64,000 nucleotides of DNA from Candidatus Kapaibacterium sp. (lineage in GTDB: Bacteria > Bacteroidota > Ignavibacteria > Kapaibacteriales > UBA2268): positions 2,048,001 to 2,112,000 of the forward strand of contig OY761611.1 in the NCBI GenBank assembly GCA_963664875.1. Direction: 5' to 3'. Positions 20,496 through 30,468 of this stretch are shown here, one piece after another; the stretch's first letter is position 1, and each line of letters opens with the position of its first letter. Position numbers and translations under genes: made by a program. The notes below the pieces were generated by a model. The model had not been told where the DNA came from. It ran no database searches and saw only the letters and a list, made by a program, of their open reading frames with translations.

Positions 20496-21435
20496 CCCAA
20501 ATCCCTAATACAAACTTGCGTTTGTGGCAAAAAGTAGCTAACTGTTTGTCTATTTTTATCTTTATAAATATCATTTAGTCGGAAAAATATATATAATATC
20601 ATAGTAAATAGTCCGTGTATTGCCTATATATATTGCATCAGCACTCCATAATATAGAAATTTGTTTTCAGTAATTCCTTAATTAGATGTGCATCTTACGC
20701 TTAAACACTAGATGAGGAGAGGAGACAAAGCGTTTTTTTTTCTTTTTCTTTGGTTTCCGTTTCTTTTTCTTTTTTATCGCAAAAAAAAGAAAAAGAAATG
20801 GAAAAAGTAACACCAATCTCTTATTTATATCACCTGTAAAGGAAAGTCTTGCCGCCCTTACAGGGCTCTGTTTACTCAATACTTACAACCGTCCCATGGC
20901 GCTGCCATGGGCTATTATCTATCAGCCTTTCAGGCTGAAAATATATTCTTATTAACCAACATTATTCACCTGCAACGTTTAACTAATAAACTCAATATGG
21001 TTTAAAATAATAAAAATTTTTCTTCATATCGTTGTCTTTCATTCTAATAACTACTTACTTGCAATTAGTTAGATGGAAAATGTCATTAGAAAAAAAACAA
21101 TTGTAGATTCTATACATAAGTGTCTGCTACATTTGAACACCCCGTCACGTCTTCGACGTGCCACCCCTCTTTGAAAAGAGGGGAATTTTGATTCCCCTTC
21201 TTGGGAAGCGTCGTGCTGAGCTTAAGTTTACACTGAGCAGCGCCGAAGTGAAGTAAAGGGGTGCCCGAAGGGCGGGGCGATGCACTGAGCTTGCCGAAGT
21301 GTAGTTGACGCTTTATGATTATAAACTTACTTAAAAATGGTAAGCCAATCTTACTCATTTGACAACCTTTTTAATGTCATAACTCAATATAAAATAAGAC
21401 TATAGATTGAGTTTGATTTTTTCTAATGACAAATC
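20496..21435 (+). mobile_element. ~940-bp non-coding composite palindromic element, copy 1
   Basis: Nearly identical inverted copy at 45632-46569; several REP-like hairpins; nested 21081-21431 unit with 15-bp TIR TGTCATTAGAAAAAA. Confidence 0.85.
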
Positions 21436-21500
21436 AGGGATAAAAAAACCCGAGCATTTCAACCCGGGCTTCATTAAGTCATGCTATGCATATCCAAGTA

Positions 21501-22820
21501 CTATTTTCCAAATTTTTGTCTTAGCATATCACCGATTTTTGGGGAGCTGATTTCTGCCAACTCGTATCCTACTCTTGCACATGGTTTATCAATTTTGATA
21601 AAGCGGTTCAAATTGATAGGAGTACCAATCACAACAGCATCGCATTGTGTATTGTTGATTGTTGTTTCCAAATCTTTCATTTGTTCATTACCATAGCCCA
21701 TCGCAGGGAGTAATACACCAATTTCAGGATAAATTTCGAATGTTTCGCTGATTTTGCCAACTGTGTAAGGGCGAGGATCAACCAGTTCACTTGCACCGTA
21801 TCTGCGGGCAGCAACCACACCTGCTCCAAGATCCATTTCTCCGTGAGTAAGCGTTGGGCCATCTTCCACAACAAGCACTTCTTTTCCGCGGATAAGCTCA
21901 GGTCTGTCAACTACGATAGAAGAAGCAGCCATAACTACTTCAGCCGTCGGGTTGTATTCTCTTACGTTATCTAAGACATGTTCGATATCTTCAGGGTATG
22001 CAGAGTCAATTTTGTTGACTACAATAACATCTGCCATTCTAAGGTTCACTTCGCCGGGATAGTAAGCGATTTCGTGTCCCGGACGCAATGGGTCAACCAC
22101 AACGATATTCAAATCAGGTTTATAGAAACTCATATCATTATTTCCGCCGTCCCAGACGATAACATCTGCTTCTTTTTCAGCTTCACGAAGGATGGCTTCA
22201 TAGTCCACACCAGAATATATAACGCTGCCCATAGCGATGTGTGGTTCGTATTCTTCCATTTCTTCGATAGTACATTTATGTTTCACAAGGTCATCTAACT
22301 CAGCAAAACGTTGAACTTTTTGAGCTTCTAAATCACCATAAGGCATTGGATGGCGAACAGAAACTACTTTTTTGCCCATATTGATCAACTGGCGAACAAC
22401 TTCGCGAGTTGTTTGTGATTTGCCACAACCGGTACGCACTGCACAAACAGAAACAACAGGTTTGGTTGATTGAATCATGGTTGGGCAAGAGCCCATCATT
22501 GAAAATTTAGCACCGGCAGCCATTACTCGGGAGCCAATGTGCATAACGGTGTCATAAGGCAAGTCTGAGTAAGAAAGTACGCATTCGTGTACTTTATGAT
22601 CTTTGATAATGTTTTCTAATTCTTCTTCGGGCATGATAGGAATGCCTTCAGGGTAAAGCTCACCTGCAAGAGCAGCAGGATACTTTCTACCATCAATATC
22701 AGGAATTTGAGCAGCTGTAAAAGCAACTACTTCATTTGCTTCATTATTACGATACATTGTGTTAAAATTGTGAAAATCACGACCGGCAGCGCCGATAATT
22801 ACTACACGATTCTTTTCCAT
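21501..22820 (-). CDS. COG2403-type P-loop protein (cyclic 2,3-diphosphoglycerate synthase-like / arginine synthetase-like)
   Basis: IIGAAGRDFHNFN, AVRTGCGKSQT, RHPMPYG, WDGGNND, EDGPTLTHG, LPAMGY. Confidence 0.8.
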   Translation of the reverse strand: MEKNRVVIIGAAGRDFHNFNTMYRNNEANEVVAFTAAQIPDIDGRKYPAALAGELYPEGIPIMPEEELENIIKDHKVHECVLSYSDLPYDTVMHIGSRVMAAGAKFSMMGSCPTMIQSTKPVVSVCAVRTGCGKSQTTREVVRQLINMGKKVVSVRHPMPYGDLEAQKVQRFAELDDLVKHKCTIEEMEEYEPHIAMGSVIYSGVDYEAILREAEKEADVIVWDGGNNDMSFYKPDLNIVVVDPLRPGHEIAYYPGEVNLRMADVIVVNKIDSAYPEDIEHVLDNVREYNPTAEVVMAASSIVVDRPELIRGKEVLVVEDGPTLTHGEMDLGAGVVAARRYGASELVDPRPYTVGKISETFEIYPEIGVLLPAMGYGNEQMKDLETTINNTQCDAVVIGTPINLNRFIKIDKPCARVGYELAEISSPKIGDMLRQKFGK

Positions 22821-23232
22821 ATAATCTCCCTATAACATATATTAAAAAATCGGAAATGAATGCATCTGATTATTGATTAAACAAGGGCATTGTAAAATCA
22901 TAAGTTAGCAAATTCTATTCATGTTGTTTAATTCTATCAATATATTACCTAAAAATAGTGTAATAAACAAGAAATATTTTTATACTTAATAAAATAATCA
23001 ATATGAATATTTCATATTTCTATTCGGTAATACTAAAAAATTGGGACAGAAAAAATGATTTGGACTGAACAGGAGTGTCAAAAATGCTTAAATATCGTAT
23101 AAGTATTTGTTATATAGAGAGATGTCGATACGATGTAAATCTTAGGAGTAAAAAGACCGAATTATTGTTTTTTTGCAAGGGTGTGATATTTAATGTCGTG
23201 TATATCTGCTAATTCGGTCTTTTAATCAAATA

Positions 23233-23568
23233 TTATTGCTCTAACTTGACTTTTAGCATTTTGGTTGCACCGGTGTCAAATTCTATGTAAGCAGAAAGTA
23301 TCTTATGGTCTGTAGAATCGATTTTAATTTCGACTTTTTCTAAATTTGTAGGAGCTTCAAATTTTTCGGCTTTTACTAAACTGCCTTTGCTGTCGAAAAG
23401 CATTATAGAATTAGCCTTTTGCTCTTTAGCATTTTCAAAAACAATTTTTTCTGCCTTTGTTGTTTTTGCAAATAGCTCCTGATTTCTGCTCTGCTCTACT
23501 CCTTCGGAAGCAAGTATGCCTACGGCGGACATAAGAAGTAATGATATGATTGCTATTATGTGTTTCAT
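23233..23568 (-). CDS. Small exported hypothetical protein
   Basis: Signal peptide; LFDSKGSLV segment reminiscent of a T9SS CTD. Confidence 0.6.
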   Translation of the reverse strand: MKHIIAIISLLLMSAVGILASEGVEQSRNQELFAKTTKAEKIVFENAKEQKANSIMLFDSKGSLVKAEKFEAPTNLEKVEIKIDSTDHKILSAYIEFDTGATKMLKVKLEQ

Positions 23569-23794
23569 CTTATTAGATTATTTGAATAATTCCAAAATTC
23601 TCCAATACAAACATAAGAAGTGATTTGCTAATAAACCAATTTAATTTTATACTAAACTATTGCGATTCAACGACTTAACACAATCTTAACATTTATTGTC
23701 ATTACAAAGCCTGTATTATTGCATTTAAAGGCTATTGTTAAGAGCTGCTCCCTCAAGAAACGGGAAAAATAAATTTTGTGTAAATTCTCAAAGC

Positions 23795-23829
23795 AAAAAA
23801 AAAGCTGCTCAATTTTGGTAGAGCAGCTT
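23795..23829 (-). terminator. Intrinsic terminator
   Basis: AAGCTGCTC..GAGCAGCTT with an A run on its left side. Confidence 0.75.
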
Positions 23830-23863
23830 GATCTAAGTTCACTTAGTAAAAGGATTGATATTA

Positions 23864-25882
23864 CTATTTTGCAATAGAAATTTTAAGCATTGTAGTCGCT
23901 TCTGCTGAATCGATACGCAATAGATACATACCATTAGTCAAATCAGGTGCGACAAATTCCATTTTGTTTATGCCTGCTGCAAGAGATACTGTTCCCAAAT
24001 CAGCAATTTTTACGCCTACAAGATCGTATAAGCTAACTTTTGCAGTGGTTGCTACCTCAGAGTTGATTTCTAAAGTTGCTTCGTTTACCATAGGGTTAGG
24101 ATATACTTTTGATTCGCCAAAATTCAAATTATCATTTACAGATGTATCATCATCAAACCAGAAAGTAAAGAAGCCGTCAGGAGCAGTGATAGGATATACA
24201 GTTTCTTTGCCGTTTTTTGTTTTACTTGCAAAGTAGTATTCTATCGTATCTTGATCGCTTGCGGCTGAGAAGTCAACAGCTGTTAAGAAGGTATTGCCGG
24301 TTGGAGCAAGTTCAACTTTCTGCCAATCATTTCCGCTGTTTTTAACTCTAAAGAAAAGATTTGCAACCTCTATGCCACTGTGATTCTCTATTTCAACTTC
24401 AAATTTATATATATTTTTCTCTTTTTGAGCTCCTCTGTAGCTTTTATGTTTATAAAGCACAGGGTTTTCAGCAGGAATTTGCATTGTGATGCAGTGGATA
24501 GCACCACCCATCGGAGCCAAATATCTTGCGTCTATCGGCACTATGTTGTAGCCCGGTAGAATCTCTTTGTATCTTGCGATGGCTTCTTCAGTGTCTTTAG
24601 AGTAGCCGTCTTGGTCGTTTGAAAATGCAGGGAATATAAATGTTTTATTTACAAAGAGACCATTAACAAAACCACGCGCCTGTAAATATTCATTTCCGGA
24701 TTTTGACAAATCAGATACATAAGTACCTTGGTCAGTGTGAGGTAAGAATATTCTATCAACATAGTACGGCGTGCCGTTTGTTGTAGTATAGCCGGCGATA
24801 AGATCCAAATTATTTTGTACGGTTTTGTAGTCTGTACTATTAGACATTACTTCAGGATATTCTGTCGCAATCATAGATTCATGATCATATTGCTTCAAAT
24901 AAATATCAATGTGCCCTGTGCCACCATCATATTGCAAGTGTTGCAAAACAATATTGTTTTTCAAGCCAAGAATTTTTGCCATTTCTTCGTCAACTTTTGC
25001 TTTATTCATTGGCTCTTTGTATTCGTAGAACTGACCAACTTGATCAGCATTATTTGAATACAATACGTTTGAATAAATACCATTTCCAAAACCATCAGTC
25101 ATGAAGTTACCACCTTCGATTTCAACAGGAGAATCATAACGAGGGTAGCCTTTCAATGTAGCCATCAATTCCGGAATTTCGTCATCTAACGGTCTGCCCG
25201 GGTAATATTTGAAATCCGCAAATGCCAAATCATTATTTTGACCATAATAGAATCCCCATGGACCGTAGTCTCTCATCCAAAAACCATTAACGCTATTTTC
25301 TGCAAGGATAAAACGGTGATTGGTTAGTGGCGTGCCAAGAGAAGCCATGTATTGCTTCAAGTAAACGGTATCGCCTGCAGCAAGTTCAGGTATAACTATC
25401 CAAACCTGTGCTTGCTGTTGTATAGCATTAGCAAGTTGCGACCAGATTACCGGTTGCTCGCTATATTGCGGGAACAAGTCCAAAATTTCAAATGCTATAT
25501 CTCTTTCTTCCCATTGTCCTGTCTGTTGGTTAGGATAATCGCCCTTGCCACCATAATAAGGATAAATTTGGTTTGTATCTTTGTCGAAAGAGTAAGAAGG
25601 CCATTGGATCATTACTGCCTGCACTTCTTCGAATTCACCGGGAGTGCGGATGCCTTCAGGCAAAGCGTTTAGTTTGGAGTCTGTTGGTTTTGAGATATAT
25701 TTTGCAGATCTGTGTTCGTTGGGAACTACAAAGTTTTTACTGCGTACATGCTGGTAAGAGTTTTCCCCTTTATCCTGCTGTATTTGTTTTACTTTTTCTG
25801 CGAATGCTGACCTATCCATCGATATCAAATTAGAAGACATCGCTGCTGTTAGTAAGCATGCTAAAGCGATTAGACGTTTCAT
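23864..25882 (-). CDS. Secreted agmatine/peptidyl-arginine deiminase family protein with T9SS C-terminal domain
   Basis: PGEFE, WMRDYGP, EGGN..TDG, GTGHID, GGAIHCITMQ; CTD VYPNP...GMYLL..KISIAK; signal peptide from ATG 25882. Confidence 0.9.
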   Translation of the reverse strand: MKRLIALACLLTAAMSSNLISMDRSAFAEKVKQIQQDKGENSYQHVRSKNFVVPNEHRSAKYISKPTDSKLNALPEGIRTPGEFEEVQAVMIQWPSYSFDKDTNQIYPYYGGKGDYPNQQTGQWEERDIAFEILDLFPQYSEQPVIWSQLANAIQQQAQVWIVIPELAAGDTVYLKQYMASLGTPLTNHRFILAENSVNGFWMRDYGPWGFYYGQNNDLAFADFKYYPGRPLDDEIPELMATLKGYPRYDSPVEIEGGNFMTDGFGNGIYSNVLYSNNADQVGQFYEYKEPMNKAKVDEEMAKILGLKNNIVLQHLQYDGGTGHIDIYLKQYDHESMIATEYPEVMSNSTDYKTVQNNLDLIAGYTTTNGTPYYVDRIFLPHTDQGTYVSDLSKSGNEYLQARGFVNGLFVNKTFIFPAFSNDQDGYSKDTEEAIARYKEILPGYNIVPIDARYLAPMGGAIHCITMQIPAENPVLYKHKSYRGAQKEKNIYKFEVEIENHSGIEVANLFFRVKNSGNDWQKVELAPTGNTFLTAVDFSAASDQDTIEYYFASKTKNGKETVYPITAPDGFFTFWFDDDTSVNDNLNFGESKVYPNPMVNEATLEINSEVATTAKVSLYDLVGVKIADLGTVSLAAGINKMEFVAPDLTNGMYLLRIDSAEATTMLKISIAK

Positions 25883-26193
25883 GGCTACTGACCACCTTTG
25901 TTGTATTATTGAATATAAAAACATGTTTTTTATCTTTTGCAAATCTCCGTTATGTATATACAAAATCGGAGACTAAAAGTTACAAGCCTATACAGATTTA
26001 TTTTAGCTTTTTAATTACAACTCTGAAAAGCCAAAAGGACTGTGCAAAAATACAACCCTTTCTTATTATAGCATCAAAAAATAAATTAGATACTGTATAA
26101 GTTTTGATAGTTTTGTATTTTGGTATATTGTTTAGACTGCAAAAAATCAGATAAGTTTAAAATAGATATAGTAATTATTTAAGTGAGGATAAT

Positions 26194-27981
26194 ATGTCCT
26201 GGAAAAAAAGAACCGTTACCTGCGGCGCTTTGAGAGAAGCTGACGAAGGAAAAAAAGTTATTCTTAACGGTTGGGTTGCTTCGCGCCGCGATCTTGGCGG
26301 TCTGTATTTTATCGACATGAGAGACAGATACGGCATCACTCAAGTTGTTATAGAGCCGGAGTTTACTCCTGAGCTTTCTGAAAAAGCTAAAGAAATCAAA
26401 TCTGAATTCGTTTTGTGGGTAGAAGGTACTGTAAGAAAACGCTCTAACCCGAATGCAAATATCCCTACAGGTCTTGTAGAACTTGTTGTTACGGATTATG
26501 GTGTAATCAATCAGTCTAAACTTCCACCATTTGAAATTTCGGACAGTGTGGACATCAGCGAAGAAATCAAATTGAAATACAGATACTTAGATCTTCGCAG
26601 ACCTAAAATGCAGAAATACCTTATTACTCGTAATAAATTATCTCAAATCATGCACAGATATTTCGAGAAAAACGACTTTGTCGAAATCGAAACTCCTGTG
26701 CTTATGAAATCTACTCCTGAAGGCGCACGCGACTTCCTTGTGCCAAGTAGAATCAACAAAGGTAAATTCTACGCTTTGCCGCAAAGCCCTCAGATCTATA
26801 AGCAAATCCTTATGATGTCAGGCTATGACAGATATGTGCAAATTGTAAAATGCTTCAGAGATGAAGATTTGCGTGCTGACCGTCAGCCTGAATTTACTCA
26901 GATAGATATCGAGATGTCATTTATCGACCAAAATGATATAATGGCTCTTATCGAAGGCTTTATAAATGAAGTATGGAAAGAGATTTTAGGAATGGATATT
27001 CCTGAAACTTTCCCTCGCATGACTTACCACGAAGCTATGACAAGATTTGGCTCTGATAAGCCGGACTTGCGCTTTGATATGGAAATCATTACTTTGAATG
27101 AGATAGTTAAAAATGCTGAATTTGCTGTATTTTCTGATACTTTGGCAAATGGTGGCGTTGTTGCAGCTATTAATGCTAAAGGATGTGCTGCTTACTCTCG
27201 CAAGCAAATAGACAACCTTACAGACTATGCTAAAAAGTATGGTGCAAAAGGTCTTGCATGGATGAAATTTGAAAACGGCGAAGTAAAATCACCTATCGCA
27301 AAATTCCTAAAAGAAGAAGAAATCACTGCTATCAAAGAAGCAATGAAAGCTGAAGAGGGTGATTTAATTCTTATTTCTTCAGACGCATGGACTCGCTGCT
27401 ACACTATCCAAGGTGCTTTGCGTCTTGAAGTAGCACGCCAGTCAGGAATCATGGATTCCGTTAAAGGCAAGTATGCATTCAGCTGGGTAGTTGACTTCCC
27501 TCTTTTGGAGCATGACGAAGAATCTAACAGATATATCGCTATGCACCACCCATTCACTCAACCTAAAGAAGAGCATCTTGATCTAATGGAAACAGCTCCT
27601 GAAAAAGTAAACGCAGTTGCTTATGACTTAGTAATCAATGGTGCTGAAGTAGGCGGTGGTTCTTTAAGGATTCATGACTCAAACGTACAGGCAAAAATGT
27701 TCAAATTACTTGGTATGACAGACGAAGACGCAAGAGAAAAATTCGGCTTCCTGCTTGATGCTTTACAGTACGGCGCACCTCCACACGGCGGTGTAGCTCT
27801 CGGTATGGACAGATTAGTGATGACACTTACAGGCACTGAAAACATCAGAGACGTAATCGCTTTTCCTAAAACCACAAGCGGCCTTTCACTAATGGACGGC
27901 GCTCCTTCTTTCGTAGATGAAGCCCAGCTCACAGAGCTTGCTTTGAATCTAATCAAAAAAGAAGTAGAAGAGAAAGAATAA
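26194..27981 (+). CDS. aspS: Aspartate--tRNA ligase
   Basis: RRDLGG, STPEGARDFLVPSR, LPQSPQ, FRDEDLRADRQPEFTQ, HHPFT, GAPPHGG, IAFPKT. Confidence 0.98.
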   Translation: MSWKKRTVTCGALREADEGKKVILNGWVASRRDLGGLYFIDMRDRYGITQVVIEPEFTPELSEKAKEIKSEFVLWVEGTVRKRSNPNANIPTGLVELVVTDYGVINQSKLPPFEISDSVDISEEIKLKYRYLDLRRPKMQKYLITRNKLSQIMHRYFEKNDFVEIETPVLMKSTPEGARDFLVPSRINKGKFYALPQSPQIYKQILMMSGYDRYVQIVKCFRDEDLRADRQPEFTQIDIEMSFIDQNDIMALIEGFINEVWKEILGMDIPETFPRMTYHEAMTRFGSDKPDLRFDMEIITLNEIVKNAEFAVFSDTLANGGVVAAINAKGCAAYSRKQIDNLTDYAKKYGAKGLAWMKFENGEVKSPIAKFLKEEEITAIKEAMKAEEGDLILISSDAWTRCYTIQGALRLEVARQSGIMDSVKGKYAFSWVVDFPLLEHDEESNRYIAMHHPFTQPKEEHLDLMETAPEKVNAVAYDLVINGAEVGGGSLRIHDSNVQAKMFKLLGMTDEDAREKFGFLLDALQYGAPPHGGVALGMDRLVMTLTGTENIRDVIAFPKTTSGLSLMDGAPSFVDEAQLTELALNLIKKEVEEKE

Positions 27982-27995
27982 TATTTAATCTATAT

Positions 27996-28024
27996 AGTGC
28001 AGGGGAGCTCGCTCCCTTGTGCTG
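27996..28024 (+). terminator. Probable terminator after aspS
   Basis: AGTGCAGGGGAGC..GCTCCCTTGTGCT hairpin; weak U tract. Confidence 0.55.
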
Positions 28025-28172
28025 TATTATTTATAGTAAATCAGACTCCTTTCTACACAAAATAGTCAGTGTGCATTTTGAAGTGTTCGTACATTTCAGC
28101 TAGTATTTGTTTGCAGTCCATACTGTTGCACTTCGATAGTTTGCTCGGCATAAACTAAGCTCAGCACATCGC

Positions 28173-28314
28173 TCAACGAGGTGAATTTTCTTTTAAGCGT
28201 GGCAGACTATAGTTTTCTCTATATTTATAATCTGCAAAAGTTAGTCCCGGTTACTGAGCCTGTCGAAGTACCAAGGTAGTCAGTTAGTTCGTATTGTTTG
28301 TGACCGATTTGGCG
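28173..28314 (-). repeat. Terminal degenerate Rhs-core repeat with REP insertion and MITE-end remnant
   Basis: Core repeat interrupted by CCGGTTACTGAGCCTGTCGAAGTA (28247-28270); CTCAACGAGGTGAATTTTC matches one end of the 184-bp element. Confidence 0.8.
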
Positions 28315-28396
28315 AAAAAAAATATTTAGTCAGCTAAGCTAAGTATAATAAATGGACTTGTATTCTTTATTATACTGTTTAGAACAGCAAAGAAAC

Positions 28397-29200
28397 TTAG
28401 ATATAATCATCATTATTCTTTACTGGAATCAAATCATCCCATTTAACTTGTTTGTCTTCAAGTAAGATATTTTTAAGTTCATTGTTGAAATAGATCTTAT
28501 TATATGCAAGCCAACCTTTTCCATATATCTCTGCTGATCTTACTATTGGAAGAGTGACTTTTTCTTTAAATGGCGGAATAAAATCATCTATAATTGGATT
28601 AAATTTCTTTGTCCCACAAACTTCACATGTTTTTTCTAAATATTTCTCAATGTCAATTGGGAATTTTAATCTGGGAATTTCAAGCTGTACTATCTCTTCA
28701 AAAGGAATATCCTTTTTATGATTAATAACTTCTCTGTTACCTATACCAAGTGGTTCTAATCTTTTTGTGTAATATTCTTTCTCAACAAAAATTGCATCAT
28801 ATTCCCAAGTTGTCGTAAAAAACTTATTTTTTTTCAGCGAAGGTATTTTTGATAATCTAAAGGGATTGATTTGGTATTTCAGAGCTTTACAACTTGGACA
28901 TAGTTTATTATCATAAACTATTGTTTTATAAATAATATTATTATCAGGCATAGGAAACCCATACTCTCTAAAACCGCCATATTCTACATATCGAGCCTCT
29001 AATACTTCTGGTTTTGTAAATTGTGCAATAATTCTGATTCGTGATTTTTCTCCTGTCATTAAAATATCTTCGTGTTCTTTAAAAAACATCAAAGGAACTT
29101 TTATGAAAGAATTATTTTTAAATTTAATACCATGAGACTGAATGAATATAATTTTTTTTTCTATTTCATGACGAGTATATACTATAACTACTTTTTCCAT
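28397..29200 (-). CDS. Putative immunity protein, cassette 7 (two CxxC motifs)
   Basis: Starts immediately after the toxin stop (29202); CPSC and CEVC. Confidence 0.7.
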   Translation of the reverse strand: MEKVVIVYTRHEIEKKIIFIQSHGIKFKNNSFIKVPLMFFKEHEDILMTGEKSRIRIIAQFTKPEVLEARYVEYGGFREYGFPMPDNNIIYKTIVYDNKLCPSCKALKYQINPFRLSKIPSLKKNKFFTTTWEYDAIFVEKEYYTKRLEPLGIGNREVINHKKDIPFEEIVQLEIPRLKFPIDIEKYLEKTCEVCGTKKFNPIIDDFIPPFKEKVTLPIVRSAEIYGKGWLAYNKIYFNNELKNILLEDKQVKWDDLIPVKNNDDYI

Positions 29201-29201
29201 T

Positions 29202-30275
29202 TTACTTTCCAATTTTATCAAGATATTCTAATAATATATTTTTTACTTCTGGCAATTCTTTATGAATTTCTTCTACGGCCTCCCTAAGATCTTCTGCAGA
29301 GAAATTTTTAGTATGCGGTAGATCTTTTGCATTCTTTCTACCTATCCAATTTACCCATACTTTGTTAAATTCCTTGTGTTCATCCCCAGTTAAAACAATG
29401 CAAGGTATATCATCTGCAGAAACTTCAAGAAATTCAGCAAATCTTTTTTCAATTAAATGATGTACTTCCAAACCTTTTATACCACTTTTATCAGCCGCCT
29501 CTCTAAGAACTTTATAAGTCCCTATCCCAAAATCATCAGCATATCGAAAAACTTTCAATCCTGTGCCAGCACCTTCTCTAATAATTAGTCTAGCAGTTTG
29601 TCGTACTGTACCTTTTACACAAGTTAATGGAAGAGCTGCTAATTGAACATTTCCTGATATTTCTGATATATCTGTAGCAATTTCTCTTTGAGCTGGTGGA
29701 AGATAAGAATATTCTGTTATTTCTCCTAAGAGTCCCCAAGTTGCAAACTCACTAAACGTAACACTGATGGAAGCATAAAAACCGTTTACGAAAGAAAGTC
29801 TTCTTTCAAATTCAGCCATTTTTTCATCATATACTCTTTTCTTTTCGGCTTGTTCTGCTTCATATTCAGCTCTTTCTTCATCTGTTCGATGAGCTTCTAC
29901 AACTGCTTTTCCTTTAGTGACACTCCACTTCTTCCCCCCTATATTTACAAATTTACTCCCTTCATGATCAATTTCATCTCCTGTTTCATAATCGGCAGGG
30001 TTATAAGTATCCGCAGGGTTGGTTTCCGCAACTAACCCCAAGGGATCCATAAAAAATATTGGATTATTATTAAATGTCGAATAAGCAGACTGATTAGAGA
30101 AAAAAGCACCCATTGGATCCAAATTCCACCTCCTCGCAGTCCGCGAGTCATACATCCAAAACATTGCATGATAGCTATTCCCCAATCCCGCTATCTCATC
30201 ATCACGCTCCATGCCATTGAATCCGAAGCGAGCTAATGTGCTGCCATCCTGATAGTAGTTATCCGGCACTAACAT
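29202..30275 (-). CDS. Orphan Rhs C-terminal toxin, cassette 7, HNH/AHH-like nuclease tip
   Basis: FGFNGMERDDE core end, DPLGL cleavage-type motif, tip EVHHLIEKRF...CIVLTGDEHKEF. Confidence 0.8.
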   Translation of the reverse strand: MLVPDNYYQDGSTLARFGFNGMERDDEIAGLGNSYHAMFWMYDSRTARRWNLDPMGAFFSNQSAYSTFNNNPIFFMDPLGLVAETNPADTYNPADYETGDEIDHEGSKFVNIGGKKWSVTKGKAVVEAHRTDEERAEYEAEQAEKKRVYDEKMAEFERRLSFVNGFYASISVTFSEFATWGLLGEITEYSYLPPAQREIATDISEISGNVQLAALPLTCVKGTVRQTARLIIREGAGTGLKVFRYADDFGIGTYKVLREAADKSGIKGLEVHHLIEKRFAEFLEVSADDIPCIVLTGDEHKEFNKVWVNWIGRKNAKDLPHTKNFSAEDLREAVEEIHKELPEVKNILLEYLDKIGK

Positions 30276-30430
30276 CCCAAAGGGACGCGTCCCAAGGGAT
30301 AGTAATCATTTTTTGAAAGAACTTTTAAGCGTGGCAGACTATAGTTTTCTCTATATTTATAATCTGCAAAAGTTAGACGCACATTGCCAAGGTGGTCAGT
30401 TAGCTCGTATTGTTTGTGACCTATTTGGCG
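30170..30430 (-). repeat. Rhs-core repeat with 14-nt palindromic insertion
   Basis: GGGACGCGTCCC hairpin within the YYPFG codons near 30281-30299. Confidence 0.9.
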
Positions 30431-30468
30431 AAAAACATCTCAAAACCTGCTCCATTCCCCTCAAGAGG

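Noticed and set aside
20682-21358. ORFs 20682-20879 and 21110-21358 and their mirrors at 45709-46398
   Set aside because: Low-complexity translations of palindromic repeats; preserved only because the element is duplicated.
23149-23224. Inverted repeat of about 14 bp with a 45-nt loop
   Set aside because: Sits right after the 23233 gene stop; most simply a terminator-like structure, single copy.
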